DNA of 64,000 bases, from contig CAVQUB010000001.1 in NCBI GenBank assembly GCA_963716725.1, positions 64,001 to 128,000 on the forward strand. Reading direction: 5' to 3'. Positions 29,928-41,591 of the stretch are shown here, one piece after another. The DNA comes from an uncultured delta proteobacterium. Its GTDB lineage: Bacteria; Myxococcota_A; Polyangia; Polyangiales; Polyangiaceae. The translations under genes and the position numbers were made by a program. How positions within the stretch are numbered: the stretch's first letter is position 1; each line of letters starts with the position of its first letter. A model generated the notes under the pieces. That model was not told where the DNA came from. It did no database searches and saw only the letters and a list, made by a program, of their open reading frames with translations.

Positions 29928-30884
29928 TCATGCGGCGACGTCCTCCTCGTGTTGACGGGAGCACCGGTCGCACGCTTGTTGACGATTGTGCTCCAGCCGC
30001 CGCTTGCGCGCCTCTTGCCGCCGAGCAGCGCGCTCGTCCCACTTCTGGGACTTACCCCTCCGGGTACTTCCCAGGGTCGTCCAAGGGTCGTCAGGCGCTC
30101 GAGCCCCGCGCCCGAAGTACATCTCGTCCGGGGTCTGCCCGTCGAACGCACTGTGGGGCATCCGCTGGTTGTGCTCAGTCACGTAGAAGTCCACGAGCTT
30201 CCTCACCGTGGCGATGTTGTCCAGCTGATGAAGGCACAGCCACTGGTGTTTCAGGGAATGCCACCACGACTCGAGCATCGAATTCGAGAGGCTCACGTCG
30301 ATCTGCGCGATGACGCGGCGAAGTGCTCCGTCGAGAAAGAGGTCGTCAACGCTGTCGTTGAGGTTCTCTGCGCCAGAATCCAGGTAGACCTCTGCGGTCA
30401 TCGGGCGCTCCAGGTTGCTGGCCGCCCTCACGAGCACATCGCGGGTGTTCATGGGCTCGAGTCGGTCGGCGATCGTCCAGGCGAGAATTCTCCGAGAGAA
30501 GTTGTCGATGACCGCGTGCAAGTGGGCCTTCGTACCGTCGAGCAGCTTGATAATCGTGACATCGACGTGCCACGCCACATTCGGCGCGACAGCGCGCACG
30601 CCGACCTTCGGTTTCGGCGGGTAGAGGCGCAGCCTCGGTCGCCGCCACCCGTAGCGTCGGATGAGCACCGCGGTCCGGCGCTCGAGCAGGACGATGCGAA
30701 ACCGAAGCGCGGCCTCCGCGCCAAGGTCCGGGTCCAGAGAGACGACGCTCCCCATGCCTCGCCGGATCCAGCTCCGCACTGTCGAGCGCGGGATCTCGAG
30801 CTCCGGAAACAGCTCCGGATTCCCGGCCTTGGCGATCTGCTGCTTGATGCGGTGGTCGTACGTGCGGCGGGAGCAGGTGCTCAT
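29928..30884 (-). mobile_element. DDE/rve transposase (IS3/IS481-like), internally deleted
   Basis: HTH IPRSTVRSWIRR; APNVAWHVDVT, VIDNFSRRILAW, DSGAEN, NSMLESWWHSLK, HSAFDGQTPDEMY. Confidence 0.85.
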
Positions 30885-31004
30885 GTCGTCAGCAGAGCAC
30901 GCTCGGGCGCGGCAGTATCGGCGCACGGAGAGCCGGAGGCGCGGCGGGCAGCCGCAGCACGCGCCAGCTTGGAGCCGTTACGAACGGAATTCGGGACTCC
31001 GTGG

Positions 31005-31158
31005 GCGTCCGGTCCGAGCGGATGTTCCGAGGCCGCTTCGCCCGTCGCTGGAGCACCGCGAGTTGGTGGCGGAGCGCGACAATCTCGAGCGCGACAGACT
31101 GGCGAGACCCCAAGAAGGACACGGCGGAGTGGACCAGCGCAAGGAGGACCGCGCGCAT
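31005..31158 (-). pseudogene. N-terminal fragment of an integrase-core transposase
   Basis: SRQSVALEIVALRHQLAVLQRRAKRPR..SDR, typical N-terminus of the family whose C-terminus lies at 26680-26830. Confidence 0.75.
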
Positions 31159-31215
31159 GGGGGGCCGAGTCTTGTCTCTTGCCGGGGAAGACCAAAGGCG
31201 AGGAAGCGTTCACTG

Positions 31216-31338
31216 AAGTTCGGGCCCGTGCCGGAAGCTACCGCGGATCGAATCCGGACCGCGCCTGGTGCCGACCTCGACCGCTGGGTCGAGCGCGTGA
31301 TCACTGCGACCTTCCTCGAGTCCGTGCTCGCCGACTGA
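31216..31338 (+). pseudogene. Rpn/DUF4351-like C-terminal domain fragment
   Basis: KFGPVPEATADRIRTAPGADLDRWVERVITATFLESVLAD*. Confidence 0.7.
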
Positions 31339-31480
31339 GCCGGTCGCCCCTCGCCGTGCGATGATGCTCCGCGTGAGCGGGAGCTTCACGGTGCCCGCGC
31401 ACCCAGCGCTGTCCGCAGCGCAGCGCTGACGCTGCTGCTGCCCTCTCTCCGGTCCGCGCAGCGCAACCAGTCTCGGATCA

Positions 31481-33807
<2,327 letters not shown>

Positions 33808-33942
33808 GCCGTCTCCTTGGCCAACGTGCTTCTACATCAACTGGCGGGGCCTGAGCACGCCCTTCTCGTAAATCGGAACCCGGCAGCGGAGCGCGAGTTC
33901 CTTCGCAGGCCGGACCGTGCGAGCGTGCTCGGAACGCCGGTC

Positions 33943-34050
33943 ATGCCCGTGATCCCGACCGTTTCTGCCGCCGTAGCGCGACGACTGTTCTTGGGCTGCC
34001 AAGGGTTACTGCACGACCCGTCACGCCGGGCAACGAAGCGCGGGCTCTCA
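33943..34050 (+). pseudogene. N-terminal fragment resembling YcaQ/AlkZ-type winged-helix DNA glycosylase
   Basis: MPVIPTVSAAVARRLFLGCQGLLHDPSRRAT; similarity is lost after this. Confidence 0.45.
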
Positions 34051-34268
34051 CGTCCTCCCCATCTTGCACGGCGAGCGAGTAGTCGGCCGCATCGAGCCCA
34101 AGTACGCACGGGAGACCCAAACGCTCTCGGTCAGCAACATCTGGTGGGAGCGCGAGTTGGTGGGTGCCGCGCGGCTTGCTGCGCTGCCCAAGGGGTCCAC
34201 GCCCTGACGTGCGGCGCGCATCGCAGCGCCAGCCTCGGCGGGCGCGTCGGTCTAGTCGCGCACGAAGC

Positions 34269-34748
34269 TCATTCCTTGCTCACGGAGCAGTGCCCGGGCG
34301 GGCTGCTCCAGGTGGCTTGGCACTTCTTCGATCCATCCCAGCAGCCGTAGACGTTGCGCCCGCTCTTGGTGCGGAGGTTGGCCTCGAAGTGCAGGTCGCG
34401 ACAGGGCATCCCCGAGGTGAAGCCGGACACTTCGCACGTAGCCTGGTCGAACGTGTATTTGTTTTCACCCACCAACCAGGTCCCGCCCGAGTCCGCAACG
34501 TTGTCGGGGATCGAGAAGCGCTGCTCGATGGCGCCGATGCTGCGGATGTTGCAGGCGCTGTCTGCCTTCACGCTCGGGCACGTGAAGCGCCACGTGCCCT
34601 TGGCCCCGCACACATCGACCTTGGGCTGTGGCGGCGCTGGCGCTGGCGACTCGGTGGCGGCGCTCGGTTCACTCCGCTTGCAACAGAGCAGGAGCAGCAA
34701 CAGAAACACGGAACCGGCGCCCGCGACGCGCTTTACCTCGGTGAGCAC
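34269..34748 (-). CDS. small Cys-containing lipoprotein
   Basis: FLLLLLLCC lipobox-like, Pro linker, six further Cys. Confidence 0.7.
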   Translation of the reverse strand: MLTEVKRVAGAGSVFLLLLLLCCKRSEPSAATESPAPAPPQPKVDVCGAKGTWRFTCPSVKADSACNIRSIGAIEQRFSIPDNVADSGGTWLVGENKYTFDQATCEVSGFTSGMPCRDLHFEANLRTKSGRNVYGCWDGSKKCQATWSSPPGHCSVSKE

Positions 34749-35094
34749 GCCGCGACTCTACGCCGGAGATCTTCGCCGAACAACCGGGTCGAACCGGTTC
34801 AGCTGCCGGCGGCTCGAGCGCACACCCGCTCAGCGGGTGCCCCTTCGGCGGTAGAGCGCGAGCGTCATGGCGGCAATCGCCAGCTCCCAAGGTGATGCGC
34901 GCCCGCTCCCTCCGCTCAGGGCGCAGCCGCCGTTGTCGTCCGCGCCCAACGAACAGCCTGACCGTCGCAAGCCGCCGGGCGTACCTGGGCCTGATAGTTG
35001 GCTCGCGGCTCGCGTGGCGTTGCGGTTGGCCGATCCCGCTATTCCTCGACACCCAACGATGGCATGCCCCCTCTGATCCAATGACGCAAGCCAA

Positions 35095-35335
35095 CGGCGT
35101 CATCCCCATCGACAACGGGATCGTCGAACGCCTGCACGTCAGGGCCGCGCTCACGCGCAAGAATTTTCTCTTCGCCGGCTCCGATGCAGACGGCGGCTGA
35201 GCCGCAATCGCCTACACCATCCTCGGCTGCTGCGCGCTCGCCGGCGTCAACCCCGTCGAGTACTTGGCGGACGTGCTGCCGCGACTTGCACGTCGCGTGC
35301 GCCTGCGAGACCTGCCCGCCTTGCTGCCAGCGCGA
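35095..35335 (+). pseudogene. tnpC: IS66 TnpC C-terminal fragment
   Basis: IPIDNGIVER..TRKNFLFAGSD..*AAIAYTILGCCALAGVNPVEYLADVLPRL with an in-frame stop at 35198. Confidence 0.85.
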
Positions 35336-35339
35336 GCCC

Positions 35340-36070
35340 GCGCCAGCGCGCGTTGCTGCGAGCCCCTGCGGCGCCGCCATCGAGCTGACGAAATCGCTGA
35401 GATCCGAGGGCCGTCTCGATCGCGCGGCTCGCACGCTCGAGCGCGTGATCCCGAGTTGCAACGGGTCCGAGCAGAGCGTCGCGCGCGCTCTCCAGCGCGA
35501 GGTTCTCGTCGAGCTCGGACCGGGTCCGGTATCGAAGGCCCAGCAGGCCGAGCCGCTCGCACCGCTGCGTGAGCCGGACGCGGCCATGGTGAAGGGTGAC
35601 GCGCAGGCGGCCCTCGCCGCGTACGAGAGCGCCTGGAAGAAGCAACCGTGGCATGCCCAGGCGCTGCGCTCGAGGCGCCGAACGGGGCGCGAGCGAGAGC
35701 GACTCAGCTCCGAAACCCATTCGGGTCGCCTCCGGTGGTGAGCTTCAGCGCGCCGAACGAGTTCACCGGCGCCTCAATTCTCATGCGCCGCCATGGGCAG
35801 CGCTGGCTCCCCATGCAGATGCTCCCGGGCGGAGTTCACGGCTGGAGTCGGGGACTACAGGCAGCTCCGGCGGGTGACCGGCTTCGCTTGGTGGACCGGG
35901 ACGGCGTGGAAGTGATCACTCTCGACGGCTACACGAACTTCGTGGTCGCGTCCGACGACCAGCGCCTCGCAGCATGGTCGGACTCGAGGCAAGCGCTGTA
36001 CGATCTGCGAACCGGCAAGGTGATCGCCGAGCGTGCAGGCACCCTTGCCATCGAACCACAGACAACCGCT
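35340..36070 (+). pseudogene. degraded TPR/beta-propeller protein related to 1382-6159
   Basis: SPCGAAIELTKSLRSEGRLDRAARTLERVIPSC parallels PACAVARDLVARADALVAEGRLRQASRAFARARTLC; frame changes near 35665. Confidence 0.5.
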
Positions 36071-36089
36071 CGGCTCGGGAATCACGGGC

Positions 36090-36850
36090 TTCGCCAAGGC
36101 ATCCGCGCGCGTTTCACGGCGGTGTGGCGCTGGCATGCATGGTGGACCACAACGTTTCCGGGGCTCCCGACCTGGGCGGTCCTGCGCGCACGTTTCGCAC
36201 CTCCGCCGCCGGAGGAGATGGCGTTGGCGCAGTCGCTGCTCGACCGTTTCGCTGCCTCGTTGCCGGGCGCGACGGCGGGCGATGTGCTGGTGCTCGTGGC
36301 GCGTGCGCTGGCGCCGCTGACGACCGCATCGGTCCCCGACGGATTACGTTTCGTGTTCGCGGCGCTCAGCCGCTGCGCGCCCGCTGGACCGAGCACATCG
36401 CCACCACGCTCACGTGCCCTGTCTTGATCATCGACGAGGCCCAGGAGGCGCTCAACACCGTCCTCGGCGAGCTGCGCATGCTCTCCAGCAAGGATCTCGA
36501 TTCCCGGCAGCTCCTCTGCGTCGTGCTCGCCGGCGACGCCAGGCTCACCGACCGCCTGCGTTCGCCCGAACTCGCCCCACTCGGCAGTCGCATCCGCCGC
36601 CGCCTCACCCTCGATTACGTCTCGCGCGACCCGCTTCTTGCGTGCCTCGACCACTTGCTCGAGACCGCCGGAAACCCGACCCTGATGACCACCGAGCTCA
36701 AGGCCACGCTCGCCGATCACGCCGCCGGCAACCACCGCGTCCTGACGAATCTGTGCGACGAGCTCTTGGCCCAGGGCGTCGACCGCGAGCTGCCCCGCCT
36801 CGACGAGAAGCTCTACCTCGAGACCTTTGCCCGGCCCGCGCAGAAGAAGG
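36090..36850 (+). mobile_element. remnant of a three-gene transposon (small orf + ExeA-like AAA helper ATPase C-half; DDE transposase deleted)
   Basis: VWRWHAWWTTTFP..LRARFAPP..SLLDRF, then PVLIIDEAQE..VVLAGD..PLGSRIR..HAAGNHRVL. Confidence 0.7.
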
Positions 36851-36944
36851 CACTGGACCGCATCGATGTGCGCGTGAGCGGGGCAGCGGCGAAGCGAAGC
36901 CGTCCTCCGCGGCGCGGCAACTGCGCTAGGCTTCTTCGGCGTAC

Positions 36945-38300
36945 GTGGACAGTTCAGGGCGCGTCGGGCGCTACGTCATTTTCGAGGAAATCGCCGCGGG
37001 CGGCATGGCCACGGTGCACCTTGCACGCCAACGCGGGGAGGCAGGGTTTGAGCGCACGGTTGCCATCAAACGTTTGCACCCGGCGCTGGCTCGGGATCCG
37101 GAAGCCGCCGAGGCGTTCGCCAACGAAGCGCGCCATGTGTCGCGCGTCATGCACGCGAACGTGGTACCCGTCCTGGATGTAGTTCGCGAGGATGGGCAAC
37201 TGGCCCTGGTGATGGAACTCGTGGTCGGCGCACCGCTGTCCGCCCTGGCGAGACAAGCACGTCTGAGCGGAGCACGCTTGCCGCCAAGCGTCGTCGTCGC
37301 CATCGTCTCCGGCATGCTACGCGGACTGCACGCGGCGCACTGCGCTCACGACGAGCAGGGCAATGCACTCCTTCTCGTACACCGAGATGTGTCCCCGCAG
37401 AACGTCTTGGTCGGTGTGGATGGGGTGGCGCGCGTAGTGGACTTCGGCATTGCAAAGGCGATGGCGAAGAGCACCACGACGCGGGGGCAACTCAAGGGCA
37501 AACCGGGATATATGTCACCGGAACAATTGCGCGGCGAACGGCTCGATGCCCGCACCGATATCTACGCGGGCGCGGTCGTGCTGTGGGAGGCGCTGACGGG
37601 GCAGCGACTTTTTGCTGGGGGTACCGACCAAGCCGTCGCCCGCAAGATCCTGGAAAAGGCCGTAGATGCACCGTCCCGGCTGGAGCCCGCGTTGCCGAAT
37701 GCGCTCGACATGCTCACGTTGAGGGGCCTGGCTCGAGGCCCGGCGGACCGCTTCGACACGGCGCTCGCTTTTGCCGAGGCGCTGGAACAGGCAGTGCGCC
37801 CTGCGTCGGCGTCGGAGGTGGCCGCGCTCGTGCGCCGGCTTTGTGGCGAGGAACTGCGAGTCCTGGAAGCGGCGAAGCGACGCACCGAGCCGGATCCGTC
37901 CGATGCTGCCGTCGTGGCGCCTCCCGCGTCGAATGAAACGGCCGGTAACACCTGGGCATACGTGGCGCTGGTCGCCACGGTCTTACTGGCGTCAGTGGGG
38001 ATCGGCCTTGGCTTCGGGTCCGACACGTCGCCAGCAGAAGCACCGCCCTCCGTGACACAGGCCGGCGCCGCCGAGACGGAACCGGGACCATCCCTCCCCG
38101 TTGCAAGCGCAGCTCCGCCGGCGGACGCGGCAGCTGCGGCGGTGACTTCTGCGGCGGCGGCCAAGACGCCCGCGGTCCCCCCCGCGCGGCAGGTTTCGAG
38201 CCCAGCGCCCCGCGTGCTTGCCAGCGCGAAACGCGATTGCGATCCGCCGTACATCGTGGACGCTGACGGCTACCATCGCATGAAACCGCAGTGTTTGTAG
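36945..38300 (+). CDS. membrane Ser/Thr protein kinase
   Basis: IAAGGMATV, AIKRL, HRDVSPQN, DFG, GKPGYMSPE; TM; Pro/Ala linker; C-term CDPPY...KPQCL. Confidence 0.95.
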   Translation: MDSSGRVGRYVIFEEIAAGGMATVHLARQRGEAGFERTVAIKRLHPALARDPEAAEAFANEARHVSRVMHANVVPVLDVVREDGQLALVMELVVGAPLSALARQARLSGARLPPSVVVAIVSGMLRGLHAAHCAHDEQGNALLLVHRDVSPQNVLVGVDGVARVVDFGIAKAMAKSTTTRGQLKGKPGYMSPEQLRGERLDARTDIYAGAVVLWEALTGQRLFAGGTDQAVARKILEKAVDAPSRLEPALPNALDMLTLRGLARGPADRFDTALAFAEALEQAVRPASASEVAALVRRLCGEELRVLEAAKRRTEPDPSDAAVVAPPASNETAGNTWAYVALVATVLLASVGIGLGFGSDTSPAEAPPSVTQAGAAETEPGPSLPVASAAPPADAAAAAVTSAAAAKTPAVPPARQVSSPAPRVLASAKRDCDPPYIVDADGYHRMKPQCL

Positions 38301-38369
38301 CCGCGCCGCCTTGAACGGTGCTGCCGCGGCTTCTCGTCCATTCTCGACCGCGCTAGCGTCGCCCCGGTA

Positions 38370-39206
38370 GTGGACCTTCGTTTCGCATTTGGCATCGCTT
38401 GCGCCTGCATGCTCACCGCGGGAGGGCTCCGCGCGGAGGAGGAACAGGCCTGCGTGACGGCCTACGACGAAAGCCAACGCGCGCGACGCTCCGGCCAGTT
38501 GCTTCGGACCAGAGAGCTGCTCCTCAGCTGTGCTCAGGAGAGCTGCCCAGCTCCCATCGTCAAGGCGTGCACGCGCTGGTTGGCAGATGTCACCGCCAGC
38601 ATTCCGACGTTGGTGGTGGGAGCAAAGGACGCAGAGGGACGCGACTCCATCGACGTACGGGTCTTCGACGGCCAGGTGGTGCTTGCCGACAGGTTGGATG
38701 GGCGCGCCGTGATGCTCGACCCGGGGGCGCATGAGCTGCGTTTTGTCTTCCCAAACGGCAGCGTCGTCGTGGAGCGCGTTCTGGTACGGGAGTCCGAGAA
38801 GAACCGCGTCGTGACGGCGCAGCTGCCTGGTCCGAAGAAAGCGCTGGCGCGCAAGCAGCCACGCGCTGTGCAGAACGGCACCCGAGGTGATCACCAAGAA
38901 ACGACGCCTGGGCCACCGGTAGTCACGATCGTGCTCGGCGCGGTCGGGGCGGTCGCTCTTGCGTCTTTTGGGTATTTCGGTATCGGTGCACAACGCGAGG
39001 CCGACCATCTTGACGCCACGTGTGCTCCCAACTGCCCCAGAAGTGATACCGACGCGATCAAGAACAAGGCCCTGATCGCGGACATCTCTCTCGGTGTTGG
39101 GCTCGCCAGCTTTGCCGGCGCGACGTATTTTTGGGTGACCGCGGCGCCAGGGGCGAGCACTGCGGGGACTGGCGTCACTTCCGTGGGCGTGGCCGGGCGG
39201 TTCTGA
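38370..39206 (+). CDS. exported Cys-rich helical + PEGA-like protein with hydrophobic hairpin and C-terminal Phe
   Basis: Signal peptide; CVTAYDESQRARRSGQL...CAQESCP...C; LDPGAHELRF; CAPNC between two hydrophobic helices; ends VAGRF. Confidence 0.75.
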   Translation: MDLRFAFGIACACMLTAGGLRAEEEQACVTAYDESQRARRSGQLLRTRELLLSCAQESCPAPIVKACTRWLADVTASIPTLVVGAKDAEGRDSIDVRVFDGQVVLADRLDGRAVMLDPGAHELRFVFPNGSVVVERVLVRESEKNRVVTAQLPGPKKALARKQPRAVQNGTRGDHQETTPGPPVVTIVLGAVGAVALASFGYFGIGAQREADHLDATCAPNCPRSDTDAIKNKALIADISLGVGLASFAGATYFWVTAAPGASTAGTGVTSVGVAGRF

Positions 39207-39235
39207 ACGCGTCGTGCTGGGTGTATGGTCGCTGC

Positions 39236-40567
39236 ATGCCGTCGGCCCCGCCGGATGTCACCGCTACGCTGCAGAAAGCGCGCACCGCGCTCGGCGAACT
39301 CCCGCGTTTCGCGTTGCAGGTGCTGGAAGGGCCTGATCGCGGCAAGCGCTGGTTGCTCGATGCGCAGCAGCCAGGGCGCATCTTGATCGGAACGGGCCCC
39401 GCCTGCGCATTTCGCCTGTCGGACCAGCACGTTTCGCGACGCCACCTTGCGCTCGAGACCGACGGCAACGAGTTGCTCCTGACGGACCTGGGTTCAACGA
39501 ACGGGACGCGGGTGGGCGGTGTGCGCGTGATCGAGGCGATGCTTTCCGGTAGTGCACGCGTGCATTTGGGTGACACCACCTTGGGCGTCGAGCCGATTGC
39601 ATCGGAGACGGCGGACAAGCTCTCGCCGGATACGACCTTCGGCAGGTTGGTTGGGCAGAGCGTTGCGATGCGGCGCCTGTATCCACTCTGCGACCGCCTC
39701 TCGTCGAGTGACGTTCCCGTGCTGGTCGAGGGCGAGACGGGAACGGGCAAGGAACTCCTGGCAGAAGCACTGCACGACAAGAGTGACCGTGGTACCGGCC
39801 CCTTCGTGGTATTCGACTGCGCAGCGGTCACGCCGTCGCTGCTCGAGTCGCATCTTTTCGGACATGAGCGCGGGGCATTTACCGGTGCCACTGCAACGCG
39901 CAAGGGGGTCTTTGAGCTTGCTTCAGAGGGCACGCTCTTCATCGACGAAATCGGTGATCTGGATATCGCGCTGCAGTCGCGACTGCTGCGCGCCATCGAG
40001 CGCGGAGAGGTCTGCCGCGTTGGAAGCGAGCGATGGCAGACCGTGGACGTGCGCATCATCGCCGCCACGCGTCGCGATTTGGACAAGGAAGTAGCGGCCG
40101 GGCGTTTTCGTGACGACCTCTTCTACCGCTTGGCTGTGGGGCGTTTGGAGTTGCCACCTCTACGCAGGCGCCACGGCGACGTGGGGCTGCTGGCCCGACA
40201 CTTCTGGGACCAATTGGCGGGGACCGAACGACCGCTGCCCTACGAACTGTTCGAGCGCTTCGAGGAGTACTCCTGGCCTGGCAACGTGCGTGAACTGCAC
40301 AACGCAGTGGCGCGCGCTGCCGCCCTCGGGGACCTGGCCGAGTTCGACATGGATGCCAAGGGTGACACGTCCGATGATTTGGTCGAACGTGTGTTGGCGC
40401 TCGATTTGCCGCTGCCGCGAGCCAAACAAAGGCTGCTTGTCGAATTCGAGCGCCGCTACGTCGAACGCGTGCTGGCGCGATATGGCGGCGATGTGGCAAG
40501 GGCAGTGCAGGCTTCGGGAATCGCGCGACGGTACTTCAACCTGCTACGCGCGCGACATCGTCAGTAG
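39236..40567 (+). CDS. FHA-domain sigma54-dependent activator
   Basis: IG...VSRRH...DLGSTNGT (FHA); [31 protein letters not shown]. Confidence 0.95.
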   Translation: MPSAPPDVTATLQKARTALGELPRFALQVLEGPDRGKRWLLDAQQPGRILIGTGPACAFRLSDQHVSRRHLALETDGNELLLTDLGSTNGTRVGGVRVIEAMLSGSARVHLGDTTLGVEPIASETADKLSPDTTFGRLVGQSVAMRRLYPLCDRLSSSDVPVLVEGETGTGKELLAEALHDKSDRGTGPFVVFDCAAVTPSLLESHLFGHERGAFTGATATRKGVFELASEGTLFIDEIGDLDIALQSRLLRAIERGEVCRVGSERWQTVDVRIIAATRRDLDKEVAAGRFRDDLFYRLAVGRLELPPLRRRHGDVGLLARHFWDQLAGTERPLPYELFERFEEYSWPGNVRELHNAVARAAALGDLAEFDMDAKGDTSDDLVERVLALDLPLPRAKQRLLVEFERRYVERVLARYGGDVARAVQASGIARRYFNLLRARHRQ

Positions 40568-41589
40568 CTCAGCAAAGTCGTTGCGCCCGTTGCCGGGTCG
40601 AGCGTCAGGATACGGCCGTCCGATTCCATGAGGAGGGGCGGCTGCCCCGGACGGACGATCAAGTTGGGAGCATTGACTGGAACGCCGGCATCGAGGGCGA
40701 CGGACACGCTACGTCTCGCTTGCTGCTTGGTGTCGAAAACCTCGAGGGTTGACGGCGCCCGGTACAGGTACGCCGCGCCCTCCGCAATCGCCAACGCTCG
40801 CACTCTCCCGCCGGCGCTTCCCTCCGCGACACCCTCGGCCACAAGGCTGCCGTTGGGGATCTTCCCGAGCTCCCCGGTGGTGGAGTCCGCGTACCAAACT
40901 GCATCTGCCGTGGTCGCGAGCACGAAGGGGCCTTCCGAGGGCAAAGCCGTGGCGTCACATTGGCTTTTCGTCAGAGTGGCGATGCCGTCTAGGCTGATAC
41001 CGTCGACTGAGAGCAACACAGTTCCACTGGCGTTCATCACGGAGTCTGCCGGGTCGGGCCAAAACGTCGCCGACGCCAGGTTTGGACAAAGCAGGCCGAC
41101 CCTCGTGTCTGTTCCGACCTTGCCGGTTTTCGGGTCGATGGGATAGGTCGCGCCTTCGAAGGTAAAACCGTCCCACAAATGCGCGCGCCAGGATCCGTCT
41201 GACAGGCGCGCGATGCTACGGACGTCGCGCAATGCCGGGCCGAAGCCCGCGGTGTGTGGCGTGCCGTTCGCGTCTTCGATCCACCCCGCGCGAATCGTCC
41301 GCTGTCCGGTCTGGAGATCGACGCCCAACACCGCGCCCTGATCGAGAGCACCGTGAACGCGCACCGCCAGCAGCAACTCACCTGCGTCGACAAAGCCTCC
41401 CACGATTTCCCGCTTCGGCAGCCGGTCCCAAGGGATGACGACGCCGGCTCCGACGCAGCCGGGCTTTACTTCGGCAGCGCAGCCGGTTTTGCCTCCGGAG
41501 CCTCCTTCCGAGAGGCGATCCAGATCCAGTGTCACCGTGCAACCACTTGCGTTGAGCAAAGCGAACCCGAGGAAGCTGGCAAGGCGCAT
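40561..41589 (-). CDS. beta-rich (propeller-like) lipoprotein
   Basis: ALLNASGC lipobox; paralogous to 41592-42770. Confidence 0.75.
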   Translation of the reverse strand: MRLASFLGFALLNASGCTVTLDLDRLSEGGSGGKTGCAAEVKPGCVGAGVVIPWDRLPKREIVGGFVDAGELLLAVRVHGALDQGAVLGVDLQTGQRTIRAGWIEDANGTPHTAGFGPALRDVRSIARLSDGSWRAHLWDGFTFEGATYPIDPKTGKVGTDTRVGLLCPNLASATFWPDPADSVMNASGTVLLSVDGISLDGIATLTKSQCDATALPSEGPFVLATTADAVWYADSTTGELGKIPNGSLVAEGVAEGSAGGRVRALAIAEGAAYLYRAPSTLEVFDTKQQARRSVSVALDAGVPVNAPNLIVRPGQPPLLMESDGRILTLDPATGATTLLSY

Positions 41590-41591
41590 GG

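Noticed and set aside
35198..35200. Second selenocysteine TGA
   Set aside because: It lies in a decayed IS66 fragment at a non-Cys position.
36417..36850. Type II secretion exeA gene
   Set aside because: Only the C-half is present, it follows a transposon-type orf, and no secretion genes are nearby.
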